This document shows, piece after piece, positions 1 to 8,354 of a DNA stretch of 17,638 nt. Position numbers and translations under genes: made by a program. This stretch comes from Candidatus Undinarchaeota archaeon (lineage in GTDB: Archaea; SpSt-1190): assembly GCA_964549355.1 (NCBI GenBank), contig CAZJUS010000017.1:1-17638 (forward strand), read 5' to 3'. The stretch's first letter is position 1. Each line of letters starts with the position of its first letter. A model generated the notes under the pieces. The model saw only the letters and a program-made list of their open reading frames with translations, searched no databases and was not told the DNA's origin.

Positions 1-907
1 CGATTTTCTCCGGCTTGAGCTCCTCCAGGTCGCCGTATTCCTGGCCGGTCGCCAGGAAGTAGACAGGCTTGCCCGTGGCTGCCGAGACGGAAATCAGGGC
101 CCCTCCCCTCTCATCCACATCGAACTTGGTCAGGATGAAGCCATCGATAAGCCCGGAAAATGCGCGGGCCTGCTCCACGGCATCGTTGCCCGTGGTCGAG
201 TCAACCGTCAGCAGACTGAGGTGGGGTTTGGCCACCCTCTTGACTTTGGCCAGCTCGTCCATGAGGCCTGTGTCCACATGCATCCTGCCGGAGGTGTCTA
301 TAAGGACCACATCAATCCCGTGGGCTTCAGCATGCCTTATGGCGTCGAAAGCCACTGCAGCGGGGTCGGAGCCGTACTGGTGGGTTATCATGCGGACGCC
401 GAGGCGGTCGCAGTGCACCTTCAGCTGCTCTATGGCCGCCGGGCGGAAGGTGTCCGCCGCTGCAACCACCACCGACTTGCGCTTTTTCTGGAAATAATGC
501 ACCAGCTTGGCAAGAGTTGTGGTCTTGCCGGTTCCGTTGATGCCTGAAAGCATGACCACGAACGGCTTTGAACCAATTGAAATTTTAGCAGGGTGGAGCA
601 GGCCGAGCACCTCCTCGCGGAGCGCCTTCTTCCAGTTCCTCCTCTTCTCCCGCTTTATCCTGCCGAGAATCCGGTCTATGACCTCAAGGGCCACCCCGCA
701 CTCAAGCAGCGATGTCTCAAGCTCCTCCAGGACCGCCTCGTCTTTCCTGAAAATTTCAAAGATATTTTTTTTGCTTTCCGCTTTCCCGGGCCTGCCTTCC
801 GCCCTCTTGGCTTTGGGTGCTGGCTTTCTTTTGGCCTCCGGGCCTTCCGGCTCTGCTTCAGCCTTCCCAAACACCTGCCTGAGTTTCTTACGCAGGAAGC
901 CCAGCAT
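1..907 (-). CDS. ftsY: Signal recognition particle receptor FtsY (3' end runs off window)
   Basis: Not in ORF track (no stop inside window). Manual translation from ATG 907: MLGFLRKKLRQVFGK...; SRP-GTPase motifs GINGTGKTTT, AADTFRPAAIEQL, DTSGR, TKFDVDERGG, ATGQEYGDL. Directly downstream of prefoldin alpha, as is usual in archaea. Confidence 0.96.
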   Translation of the reverse strand, partial: MLGFLRKKLRQVFGKAEAEPEGPEAKRKPAPKAKRAEGRPGKAESKKNIFEIFRKDEAVLEELETSLLECGVALEVIDRILGRIKREKRRNWKKALREEVLGLLHPAKISIGSKPFVVMLSGINGTGKTTTLAKLVHYFQKKRKSVVVAAADTFRPAAIEQLKVHCDRLGVRMITHQYGSDPAAVAFDAIRHAEAHGIDVVLIDTSGRMHVDTGLMDELAKVKRVAKPHLSLLTVDSTTGNDAVEQARAFSGLIDGFILTKFDVDERGGALISVSAATGKPVYFLATGQEYGDLEELKPEKI

Positions 908-1316
908 TCTGCATCACCATCAGCTCCGCATTCAGCTCTGCAGTCAGCCTCTCAGCCTCCTTGCTGAAAGTGCCCAGGTTGCGGAGCACCATCTGCTCCT
1001 GCTCGGCCAGGATTTCAATCTGCCTGTCCACCATCGGAACTGCATCCCTGATTTCCTTTTCTACAAAAACACCGGCGCCGATATTCACCACGACCTTCCG
1101 GTTCTTGGTCGCCTTGCCCTGCGCATAAACTGAAGCCCCCAGCGGGACGAGCATGTCATCCCCCTCCGCCACATCCTCCATGTTCTTGAGGCCCATCTTG
1201 AGTATGCTCAGCTCATCCACAGTCTTCTCTATCTCCATCAGCCTGAGCTGGAGGGTCTGAATCTGCTGGTTGAGAAGCTCAATCTGAGCTGCTTTGACTT
1301 GGATGTCATAAGGCAT
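888..1316 (-). CDS. pfdA: Prefoldin subunit alpha
   Basis: Coiled coils flanking beta-hairpins (MLVPLGASVY, VVVNIGAGVFVEK). ATG 1316 follows a GGTGA SD-like motif; in-frame alternative starts at ATG 1334 and GTG 1340. Confidence 0.93.
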   Translation of the reverse strand: MPYDIQVKAAQIELLNQQIQTLQLRLMEIEKTVDELSILKMGLKNMEDVAEGDDMLVPLGASVYAQGKATKNRKVVVNIGAGVFVEKEIRDAVPMVDRQIEILAEQEQMVLRNLGTFSKEAERLTAELNAELMVMQNAGLPA

Positions 1317-1356
1317 TCCATCACCGCTTACCATCCCCACTACAAATTTTGCGGGT

Positions 1357-1884
1357 TTAAATGCCTTTCAGGTTTACCGGGAGCTCCTCGACAAAATCCA
1401 GGCGGGGGCTTTTCCTGCCCGGGTCCCTCAGGTATCCGAGTATCTCCTCGACAACTTCGTCCGGCGTCCTGCGGGTGGTGTCCACTTCAACAACCCTCCT
1501 CTTCTCCGGGGAATCCCACACTTCGTCGGAGATTACATTCAGCCCCTCGGCCTCCAGGTTCTCCTCAATCTTGCTCAGCTTCCAGCCTTTGCCGGTCAGG
1601 CGGGCCGCCAGCTCGCCGGGTGCACACCGCAGGACCACCACCGCATCAACATCAAAAATATGGCTGATGTGGCCGTCAATCACGCAGTCGTCGCTGAACT
1701 TCAGGTTGCGGGAGGCCAGCCCGGCATCGACCTCCCAGGTTTCCTGCTCATCATCGTAGTCCAGCTTGTAGTCCTTGAGGAGGAGGGGGTTCAAATCAAC
1801 ATAATCATAGTGGAGCTTCCCGGCTAAAAGCCGGGCGACTGTTGTTTTGCCCGTCCCCGGCGTGCCGGTCACTGCAATCCTCAC
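1357..1884 (-). CDS. Adenylate kinase AK6/Fap7-like nucleotide kinase
   Basis: P-loop TGTPGTGKTT, VIDGHISH motif, VVVLRC, K-x-x-ENLEAE, EVDTT, all typical of the AK6/Fap7 family. Confidence 0.88.
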   Translation of the reverse strand: MRIAVTGTPGTGKTTVARLLAGKLHYDYVDLNPLLLKDYKLDYDDEQETWEVDAGLASRNLKFSDDCVIDGHISHIFDVDAVVVLRCAPGELAARLTGKGWKLSKIEENLEAEGLNVISDEVWDSPEKRRVVEVDTTRRTPDEVVEEILGYLRDPGRKSPRLDFVEELPVNLKGI

Positions 1885-1905
1885 GCCCTTTTTTAACAGA
1901 AAAGC

Positions 1906-1914
1906 ATTTTATAG
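1906..1914. promoter_or_regulatory. Putative shared TATA box for divergent AK6 / nop10
   Basis: ATTTTATAG near the midpoint between GTG 1884 (-) and GTG 1933 (+). Confidence 0.5.
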
Positions 1915-1932
1915 CTTATGCATAAGGAAGGC

Positions 1933-2091
1933 GTGGGGCTGTTAAAGAAATGCAAAGCATGCGGGGCATACACCTTCAGAGAAGCCTGTCCGGCCTGTGG
2001 CGGGGAGACTTCAAGCCCCAAACCTCCTAAATTTTCTCCAAACGACAAATACTGGAAGCAGAGGCTGATTGCAAAGGGGGCGGTTGAATGA
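1933..2091 (+). CDS. nop10: H/ACA RNP protein Nop10
   Basis: Below ORF-track cutoff. Translation MGLLKKCKACGAYTFREACPACGGETSSPKPPKFSPNDKYWKQR...: two CxxC pairs plus the PPKFSPxDKY signature. Stop overlaps the PAC2 ATG. Alternative start ATG 1918. Confidence 0.95.
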   Translation: MGLLKKCKACGAYTFREACPACGGETSSPKPPKFSPNDKYWKQRLIAKGAVE

Positions 2092-2852
2092 TGACCTGGA
2101 AGATTGAAGAAAGGCCCATCATCTACAACGGGGTCCTGATTGAAGGCCTGCCGGGCATAGGCAATGTGGGCAAGATGGTGGTGGAGTATCTCATTGAGAA
2201 GCTGAAGGCCAAAAAATTCGCAGAGCTTTACAGCAGTCATTTTCCATACCACGTCTTCATCAATGAAGACAGCACCGTGGACCTCCCCAGGAATGAATTT
2301 TACTACCACAAGTGCGGGAAGCACGACCTGGTGTTCCTGACAGGCGACTTCCAAAGCATGACGGCGCAGGGCCATTATGAAATTGCAGACGCTGAGCTGG
2401 AGTTTGCCAAAAAAATGAATGTGAACCGGCTCATCACTCTCGGGGGGTTCGGAGTGGAGGGGGTCCCGAAAAAACCGAGGGTCATGGGTGCGGGCACAAG
2501 CAGAAAAATTATTGAAGAGTTCAAAGATCACGGCATTGTTTTTGAAGACGGCGAGCGGGTCGGCATGGTGGTGGGGGCCAGCGGAGTCCTGCTGGGTCTG
2601 GGCAAGCTGAAAGGGATAGAAGGCATCTGCCTTATGGGGGAGACCCTGGCGCGCCCGATGTTCACAGATGCAAGGGCGGCAAAGGCGGTGCTGGAGATTC
2701 TGACTGAAAAATTCCGCCTCGACATAGACATGGAAGATATGACCCAGAAGGCCAAGGAGCTTGACAAGGCCATTGCGAAGGCCAAAGAGCTGGAAAAAAC
2801 CATGCTCGAAAAGCTAAAAAAGCCTGGGGAAGAGTTGAGATACATTGGGTAA
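2088..2852 (+). CDS. PAC2-family proteasome assembly chaperone-like protein
   Basis: IEGLPGIGNVGK, ITLGG, GASGVLLGLG, CLMGET and C-terminal YIG; conserved position after nop10. Confidence 0.92.
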   Translation: MMTWKIEERPIIYNGVLIEGLPGIGNVGKMVVEYLIEKLKAKKFAELYSSHFPYHVFINEDSTVDLPRNEFYYHKCGKHDLVFLTGDFQSMTAQGHYEIADAELEFAKKMNVNRLITLGGFGVEGVPKKPRVMGAGTSRKIIEEFKDHGIVFEDGERVGMVVGASGVLLGLGKLKGIEGICLMGETLARPMFTDARAAKAVLEILTEKFRLDIDMEDMTQKAKELDKAIAKAKELEKTMLEKLKKPGEELRYIG

Positions 2853-3186
2853 CCGGAAACCGAGTCCCCGGGGAAGGGACGCATACAACGAAGCAGGTGA
2901 GTTTGAATTCAGAGCCAGGCTTCCCAAAAAAAATGAAATGTTCGGCATAGTCGAGCAGAGGCTGGGGTGCAGCAAAATGTATGTCCGGTGCGCCGACAAC
3001 AAAATCCGCATTTGCAGAATTCCGGGGAGGTTTTCGCGCAGGCTTTGGGTCCGCGAAGGTGATTTGGTGCTCATTGAACCCTGGTCAGTCCAGGGCGACA
3101 AAAAAGCGGATGTTGTATACAGATACACGCCCGCCCAAAAAGACTGGCTGTTCCAGAAAAAAAGACTGCCGGAGAGTTTGCTATGA
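2845..3186 (+). CDS. eif1a: Translation initiation factor aIF-1A
   Basis: RLPKKNEMFGIVEQRLG, RICRIPGR, LWVREGDLVLIEPW, KADVVYRY; TTG start overlapping the PAC2 stop. Confidence 0.95.
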   Translation: MGNRKPSPRGRDAYNEAGEFEFRARLPKKNEMFGIVEQRLGCSKMYVRCADNKIRICRIPGRFSRRLWVREGDLVLIEPWSVQGDKKADVVYRYTPAQKDWLFQKKRLPESLL

Positions 3187-3719
3187 TAATCGGTGTTGCA
3201 GGGCCCATGGGTGCAGGCAAAACCACAGTTGCGGACCTGCTGAAGCAGGAAGGCTTTGAAAAAACATCGCTGAGCGATGCCCTGCGCGATGAACTGAAGA
3301 GGCGCGGAGCGGAGATCACAAGGAATGCCCTGCGCAGTGTGGGGGATGAACTCCGGCTGAAATTCGGCAGGGATGTGCTGGCCCGGAGAGCCCTTGAAAA
3401 AGTCGATAGATTCGGCGGAGACTGGGTTATTGAATCGGTAAGGCTCCCGGAAGAAGCGGAAGCCATCAGAGAAAGAGGCATCATGATTGGAATCGTGGCC
3501 TCCAACAAAACCCGGTATGAGCGGATTGCCATCCGAAAACGGGACAAAGAGGAGGAGGCCATGAGCTTCGATGCATTCGTCAAGCAGGACGAACGCGACC
3601 GGAAGGTCGGCATTGATGAAGCCCTGGAAATCTGCGATTACCTTCTGGAAAACGACGGCAGTATTGAAGATTTGAAAAAACGGCTTGAAGCGCTCCTCAA
3701 AAAAATCCGGGCGGAGTGA
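3183..3719 (+). CDS. P-loop nucleotide kinase, dephospho-CoA kinase-like archaeal family (substrate uncertain)
   Basis: GPMGAGKTT P-loop, SLSDALR, IESVR..EE, RYERI..R, LENDGS; ATGA overlap with aIF-1A. Confidence 0.8.
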   Translation: MIIGVAGPMGAGKTTVADLLKQEGFEKTSLSDALRDELKRRGAEITRNALRSVGDELRLKFGRDVLARRALEKVDRFGGDWVIESVRLPEEAEAIRERGIMIGIVASNKTRYERIAIRKRDKEEEAMSFDAFVKQDERDRKVGIDEALEICDYLLENDGSIEDLKKRLEALLKKIRAE

Positions 3720-3738
3720 ATTCACTTTTCAGGGGGAT

Positions 3739-4503
3739 TCACTTTTTCTTGATCCGTGTGAATTCAAAGGTTTCAGTCTTGCCCACTTTTTTCTGGATTT
3801 TCTTTATACTTTTCTCGAGCTCCTTTTCCGCAGTCTTGTAATCCGTTGCTCTTTTCTTGATGCTGTATTTGGAAGCGCCGATATACGAAATCCCGGGGAT
3901 TCCTTTCAGTATGGCTTTCACTTTCTCAATGCCCCTCCCATCTCTGCTCTCCAGATTGATGACGCCGGAAATTTCAACCTGCGGAAGCGCAATGTTTTTG
4001 TCCACCAGCTCCCACAAGGGCGCCAGCACAGAAGCGGGAACTAAAGCTTTGAACTCGTCCGGTCCGCCGGCCTTCTTCATTTCTTCGAATGCAAAATAAA
4101 GCTCCCCAAACTCGGCCTTCATCTTTTTGAGGGTGCCATACACCTCTTCAAACGGCCTGTTCAGTTTTTTGGCCAGCATCTCCAGGATGTTCTCCACCCG
4201 CTTCTGCCTGCGGATTTGGTCCCACTTGGCCCTCAAATCATACTCGCTCATCCGGCGCACGCTGAGCTGGATGGATTTGTCCCTTTCGCGGATCTGGTAA
4301 GCTTTGGCCACCAGCTGCTTGCCTACGCTGACATGGCTCTTTATGTTTTTCACCCAGGTCTTGGAAATTTCGCTGATGTGGATCATGCCTTCAAGATTGT
4401 CGTATTCGTCAAGATTCACAAAGGCTGCATGGGGTGCAATCCGGGTGACAGTGACAAGGACATTCTCCCCCTCCTCCGGCAACCCCTGCTTTTTGATTTT
4501 CAC
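3739..4503 (-). CDS. eif2a: Translation initiation factor aIF-2 subunit alpha
   Basis: S1 domain (LPEEGENV, LDEYDNLEGMIHISEIS..WVKNI), C-terminal DGRGIEKVK and YIGASKY...DYKTAEK; follows L44e-S27e. Confidence 0.96.
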   Translation of the reverse strand: MKIKKQGLPEEGENVLVTVTRIAPHAAFVNLDEYDNLEGMIHISEISKTWVKNIKSHVSVGKQLVAKAYQIRERDKSIQLSVRRMSEYDLRAKWDQIRRQKRVENILEMLAKKLNRPFEEVYGTLKKMKAEFGELYFAFEEMKKAGGPDEFKALVPASVLAPLWELVDKNIALPQVEISGVINLESRDGRGIEKVKAILKGIPGISYIGASKYSIKKRATDYKTAEKELEKSIKKIQKKVGKTETFEFTRIKKK

Positions 4504-4556
4504 GGGTTTAATCCGCTTCCGGTTTTAAAAATGCTTCCAAACGGCTCATCCGCAGA

Positions 4557-4745
4557 CTATTCCAAGACCTGCACCACTTTGACCTGGACTCTGCCCTTGC
4601 CGCCCCTCGGTTTCACCAGAATCTTCCCGCAGACCAAGCATTTCACCTCGCTTGCGGGCTTATTGAAGACCACCTGTTCATTCTTGCACTGGCTGCATTT
4701 GACGCGGATGAATTTTGAAGAGGGTGTTTTAATCAGGTCCATCAT
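4557..4745 (-). CDS. rps27e: 30S ribosomal protein S27e
   Basis: PSSKFIRVKCSQCKNEQVVF...VKCLVCG..L..PRGGK zinc ribbon. Start moved to ATG 4745, which overlaps the L44e stop (or ATG 4742). Confidence 0.96.
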   Translation of the reverse strand: MMDLIKTPSSKFIRVKCSQCKNEQVVFNKPASEVKCLVCGKILVKPRGGKGRVQVKVVQVLE

Positions 4746-5020
4746 CTTACCAACTCGAACTTTTTGGCCCGGAAGGTGCGCCTCCTGACGTGCTGTTTCT
4801 TGCATGTGGCGCACTCCAGGCGGATATCGACTTTTTTAGTCTGCTTCACGACTTTTGCACTCGGCCTCGGAAATCCCCGGTATCCCTTGACCACTTTGAG
4901 GTACCTCCGCTGGCCTTCACTCAAGGCGCCCCTCTCCTTCCGCTTGACGACAATCACCTTATGCTTGCCATGGGCCTTGCAGTAGGGGCAGTTGGCCATG
5001 ATTTCCTTCGGCATTTTCAC
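4742..5020 (-). CDS. rpl44e: 50S ribosomal protein L44e
   Basis: MKMPKEIMANCPYCKAH..H, KQTKKVDIRLECATCKK. Start GTG 5020 (alternative ATG 5014). Confidence 0.95.
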   Translation of the reverse strand: MKMPKEIMANCPYCKAHGKHKVIVVKRKERGALSEGQRRYLKVVKGYRGFPRPSAKVVKQTKKVDIRLECATCKKQHVRRRTFRAKKFELVR

Positions 5021-5072
5021 CTCTCTCACCTGTCTATGCATTTTTAACCTTTTCGCAGGCGCCCCATGCGTT

Positions 5073-5669
5073 TCACTCTTCGGCAGGCTCAGCCTTGCCC
5101 TTCTCCACTAAAAGCTCGGCATACTTGGCAGGCAGTTCAGCCAGCTGGCCCTTTTCGTAGGGGCCGTAGAGGTTCAGGTCGGTCCCAAGAAACGATGCAA
5201 CAGGTTCAAGGATCCTGATTTTCCGGCTGTCCGTCTGCTCCGCCCCTTCTTTTTTTTCTCCGCCTTCCCCTGCAGTCCTGCCTGCTAAAACTTTGGCCAG
5301 GATGCCGTCCCTGCCCGCCTTGAGATTCAAAACAACAGCTTCATAGATCTTCCGCTCTTCGGGAACCATGTCCTGCATCTCCTGCTTCTCCCCGGTCGCC
5401 ACTTCGGTCCCCGCCTGCCTGATGATTTTCCTTTCGCGCAGAGTGTAAAGCTCCTTTATTATCCTGCCGGCATTCCTGATTTCCTTCTCAAACTGGGTCA
5501 GCACCTTGTCTGTGAACCGCGAGGGATTCTTGCGGAGCTCTTCGTATCTGCGCATTTTTTCCGCAAAATACTCCGACACATCCCTCCAGAAGCCGGCGGG
5601 GATGGAGACCAGCTTTGGGCTGGCCCTCTCTTTTCTGTGGACCTCACGCAAGTCTTCAAAACTGACCAC
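5073..5669 (-). CDS. DNA replication complex GINS subunit (Gins51/Gins15 type)
   Basis: Helical A domain (LREVHRKER..L, LRERKI, EERKIY) followed by B domain (FLGTDLNLYGPYEKGQLAELP..A.LLV.KG.A); lies between primase and L44e. Confidence 0.9.
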   Translation of the reverse strand: MVSFEDLREVHRKERASPKLVSIPAGFWRDVSEYFAEKMRRYEELRKNPSRFTDKVLTQFEKEIRNAGRIIKELYTLRERKIIRQAGTEVATGEKQEMQDMVPEERKIYEAVVLNLKAGRDGILAKVLAGRTAGEGGEKKEGAEQTDSRKIRILEPVASFLGTDLNLYGPYEKGQLAELPAKYAELLVEKGKAEPAEE

Positions 5670-5700
5670 AGACTAAAGGTCGCGGGCAATTTAAAAATGG

Positions 5701-7002
5701 CTACCCCGTCTGCCCCCGGCTTCCTTTGGACGGCTCTCTGCTCCCGCCTGCATGGGCCTCCGCTCTCTTTGCTTCCGCCTCCTTACGCCTGGCCTTCAGC
5801 TTCTCAAGCTGGAGCTTCTTCTTTTCGTCAAGCGCCTTCCGCCTCTCCTCCTCCTTTTTGGCAAAGAGGAAGCGTCTGAACTTCTTCAAAGCATACGGAA
5901 GGGGGTTTTTCACGCCTCTGCACAAAGAGTCGGGGGTGCAGAGGCCGAGCTCAGAGTAATATTCCTTCCGGTCGCAGTTGGGTGGCGGTGTTTTTTTCTT
6001 CTGGTTCTGGTGCCAGCGGACATGCCCGCGGATGTAATTTTCCGCAAGCGGGGGTTTGTTCCTCCGGTTCCACTCCAGCAAAAACTCCGTTATTTCATCC
6101 CAGGTCCAGCCTGAATTGCTCAGCAGGTTGCGGAGGATGAACTCGGACCTCTTGCGCCCGTCGGACAGCCCTCCCAAGATTTTCTGGATGCACGGCGGAA
6201 AAAACCGGACAGGGATTTTCCCCTTGACCTCCTCGTACCTGCGGGTCCGCGGTTCAGTGCGGGCCTTCTTTCTATCCATCCAGCTGGTTGCAATCTCCGC
6301 CAGCTCCATGGCCTCGCCCGGCTCCGCAGCATCAAAGCTGAAAGGCACCACCTCGACATTCTCAGGCTTGGCCGACTCGACATCAAAATCCACGCTTTCG
6401 ACCGGGATGCTTACCAGGCCGCTCTTCTCATTGACGGAGTAGGGCATGCGGATGAGATGGCGCGATGCTATGGCGATGCTGTCAATCTCGACCCCCTTGC
6501 GGACGGCGGTTGGGAGCTCTCCTGTAATGAAATCCTCAAGATACGCTCCGATCGCCCGCGGAACATCGGGGAATGCCATCATCAGCGAAGGATGGAAGGC
6601 CTTCCAGGGCACAAAAATATGGAAGCCCGACCTGCCGGAAAATTTAGTAAAGACATGCCTCACCCCATGGGCTTTGATGGCCTCGATAATCACATCTGCA
6701 GCCTCCCTGCCGTGGTCGAGGGTGTCGCAGTCCAGGTCTATCAAAAAGTCCCAGCCGGCCCTGGCTAATTTCTTGTCATTGAGCAGGAGCGGGTTGTCCC
6801 ACAGCTCAACACTGCAGTGGAAGCTGGTTATGCCCTGCCGGACCATCTGAACCACATCGCCCGGATAGATGAGGGTGCCCGGACGCTTGCCGTAACCGCC
6901 GTCTGCAAACCTGCCGGCGACTTCCCGATGCTCAGCAAAACTGACCATGGCTGCTGAAACCTCGGGCCGGGAGTAGTAGGCTTCGAGGGCTTTCGGGTCC
7001 AC
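5701..7002 (-). CDS. Fused DNA primase (PriS catalytic domain + PriL C-terminal Fe-S domain)
   Basis: N-terminal AEP motifs (WDFLIDLD, KFSGRSGFHI, IDS...RHLIRMPYSVNEKSG); C-terminal PriL-type FPPC, PPPNC, LGLC, LC..VKNPL.Y with four Cys. Confidence 0.92.
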   Translation of the reverse strand: MDPKALEAYYSRPEVSAAMVSFAEHREVAGRFADGGYGKRPGTLIYPGDVVQMVRQGITSFHCSVELWDNPLLLNDKKLARAGWDFLIDLDCDTLDHGREAADVIIEAIKAHGVRHVFTKFSGRSGFHIFVPWKAFHPSLMMAFPDVPRAIGAYLEDFITGELPTAVRKGVEIDSIAIASRHLIRMPYSVNEKSGLVSIPVESVDFDVESAKPENVEVVPFSFDAAEPGEAMELAEIATSWMDRKKARTEPRTRRYEEVKGKIPVRFFPPCIQKILGGLSDGRKRSEFILRNLLSNSGWTWDEITEFLLEWNRRNKPPLAENYIRGHVRWHQNQKKKTPPPNCDRKEYYSELGLCTPDSLCRGVKNPLPYALKKFRRFLFAKKEEERRKALDEKKKLQLEKLKARRKEAEAKRAEAHAGGSREPSKGSRGQTG

Positions 7003-7020
7003 AAAACCAAAAGGAAAGCA

Positions 7021-7032
7021 GATTTATAAATC
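7021..7032. promoter_or_regulatory. Palindromic bidirectional TATA box (primase / Sec61beta)
   Basis: Perfect 12-bp palindrome GATTTATAAATC whose axis is equidistant (24.5 nt) from GTG 7002 (-) and GTG 7051 (+). Confidence 0.7.
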
Positions 7033-7050
7033 AAGAGTTTTCCAATGGGC

Positions 7051-7203
7051 GTGGCCAAGCAAAAAATAACCCTCCCGTCCAGCATGGGCGGGCTGATGAG
7101 GTTTGATGAGACCACCGGCGGGCTTCAGATTTCGCCGGGGCAGGTTGTGATTTTTACTTTGATTGTCTGCGCAGGCATCCTGCTTCTGCGCCTGCTCCAA
7201 TAG
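7051..7203 (+). CDS. secG: Preprotein translocase subunit Sec61beta (archaeal SecG)
   Basis: Missed by ORF track. MAKQKITLPSSMGGLMRFDETTGGLQISPGQVVIFTLIVCAGILLLRLLQ: (S/A)GL-x-R(F/Y)-like motif, ISP, and a C-terminal TM helix. Alternative start ATG 7045. Confidence 0.92.
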   Translation: MAKQKITLPSSMGGLMRFDETTGGLQISPGQVVIFTLIVCAGILLLRLLQ

Positions 7204-7250
7204 CGGCATGCCCTGCGTCGCAATTAAATACTGGCCCTTCCAATACTGGC

Positions 7251-8324
7251 GTGAGCCTGCCCACTGCATTGGCGGGCATCCTGCTGGGTGCGGTGCCCGG
7301 AGTCCACCAGAATCTCCTGTCCCTTCTTCCGCTTGCCGGAAGCAGGGACTTGTTTGAAACTGTTTTCGCTGCCATCTTTTCATCCATCATCCCCACGCTT
7401 TTGATGGCGCCTTCCCCTGAAACGGTCGCCGTCCTGCTGCCGGGGCAGAAAATGGCAGGCCAGGGCAGAATCGGTGAAGCGGTGTCCGAATTCCTGGGAG
7501 GGGCAGTCCTGGGCTCCGCCATGTTCATAATCATGCTTCCGCTCTACGAGCATCTGCTTGCGATTCCCCGCATCTTCTCCCGTTTCTTCTGGCTCCCCCT
7601 CACAGGCTTTGCCATGGTTCCTATTGTGCGCAACAGAAAAAAATGGAAGGCCTCGCTCGGGTTCTTTCTGCTGTCCGGTGCATACGGATGGCTGATGCTG
7701 AAGCTTCCCTACACCTCCGAATCACTCCTCATGGCGCATTTTGGGGGCATGTTCGGCCTCTCCAGCCTCCTGACTTCCGGCAGGCTCGCAAAGCAGAAAG
7801 TCGGCAGGCCGGAGCCCGTCTTCAAGTTTGCATCTTCCTTCGTCGGATTGGCGGGCGGCATGCTCATCTCCCTTTTTCCTGCACTGACCCCTGCGCAGGC
7901 CTCCGCCTTTGTGTTCGCCCTGCTGGGGCGCCCTGAAAACCAGCTGGCGGCTGCAGGGGCAATGTCAACAAGCGCCTTTCTTTTCTGCTTTCTGTCCCTC
8001 AAATTCCTGGCAAAGCCCCGGAGCATTGCAGTCCAAAGGATCGGCAATCTGCACCTGGACTCTGTTATTTTTGTTGCAGGCTTCGCATACACAACCATCA
8101 TGTGGCTGGTCCCTGCAATCTGCAGAGTGCTGTCCAGATGGGATTTGAGAAAGCCCATGGCGGTACTGCTGATTCTGCTGATTGGAATTTTTTCCAAATC
8201 CGCCGGCTGGATTGCACTCCCTTCCCTGGCGCTCGGGGTCTGGTGCCACAGAAAGGGTGTCGAAAAAGTCAACCTCATGGGCTCCCTTATGCTGCCGACC
8301 ATCGCCTGGTATCTGATGCACTAA
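7251..8324 (+). CDS. TctA-family (tripartite tricarboxylate transporter-like) membrane protein, archaeal type
   Basis: Multi-TM; PGVHQN, IPTLL..P...VLLPGQKM..QG, FGGMFGLSSL, PALTPAQA, LMGSLMLPT motifs. Confidence 0.8.
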   Translation: MSLPTALAGILLGAVPGVHQNLLSLLPLAGSRDLFETVFAAIFSSIIPTLLMAPSPETVAVLLPGQKMAGQGRIGEAVSEFLGGAVLGSAMFIIMLPLYEHLLAIPRIFSRFFWLPLTGFAMVPIVRNRKKWKASLGFFLLSGAYGWLMLKLPYTSESLLMAHFGGMFGLSSLLTSGRLAKQKVGRPEPVFKFASSFVGLAGGMLISLFPALTPAQASAFVFALLGRPENQLAAAGAMSTSAFLFCFLSLKFLAKPRSIAVQRIGNLHLDSVIFVAGFAYTTIMWLVPAICRVLSRWDLRKPMAVLLILLIGIFSKSAGWIALPSLALGVWCHRKGVEKVNLMGSLMLPTIAWYLMH

Positions 8325-8354
8325 CCCTAAATATATGTAGAGGGTTCTAATTGT

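Noticed and set aside
69..1133. Plus-strand ORFs 69..497, 221..547, 507..1133 and 593..967
   Set aside because: Antisense shadows of ftsY and pfdA, which carry clear family motifs on the minus strand.
2835..2852. HbYX proteasome-gating motif on PAC2
   Set aside because: The C-terminus is Y-I-G, so Tyr is not penultimate; this ending is ordinary for the nop10-linked subfamily.
3716..3748. Palindrome GTGAATTCAC and TTCACTTTT direct repeat as invertase sites
   Set aside because: No matching inverted copy at the other end of the inverted block (1885-1917); explained by convergent stop codons and T-tracts.
7227..7250. AATACTGGC direct repeat upstream of the TctA-like gene
   Set aside because: Only two 9-bp copies between TATA and start, with no second site seen; too weak to call an operator.
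7251..8324. TctA without TctB/TctC as a novelty
   Set aside because: Stand-alone TctA-like proteins are common in archaea.
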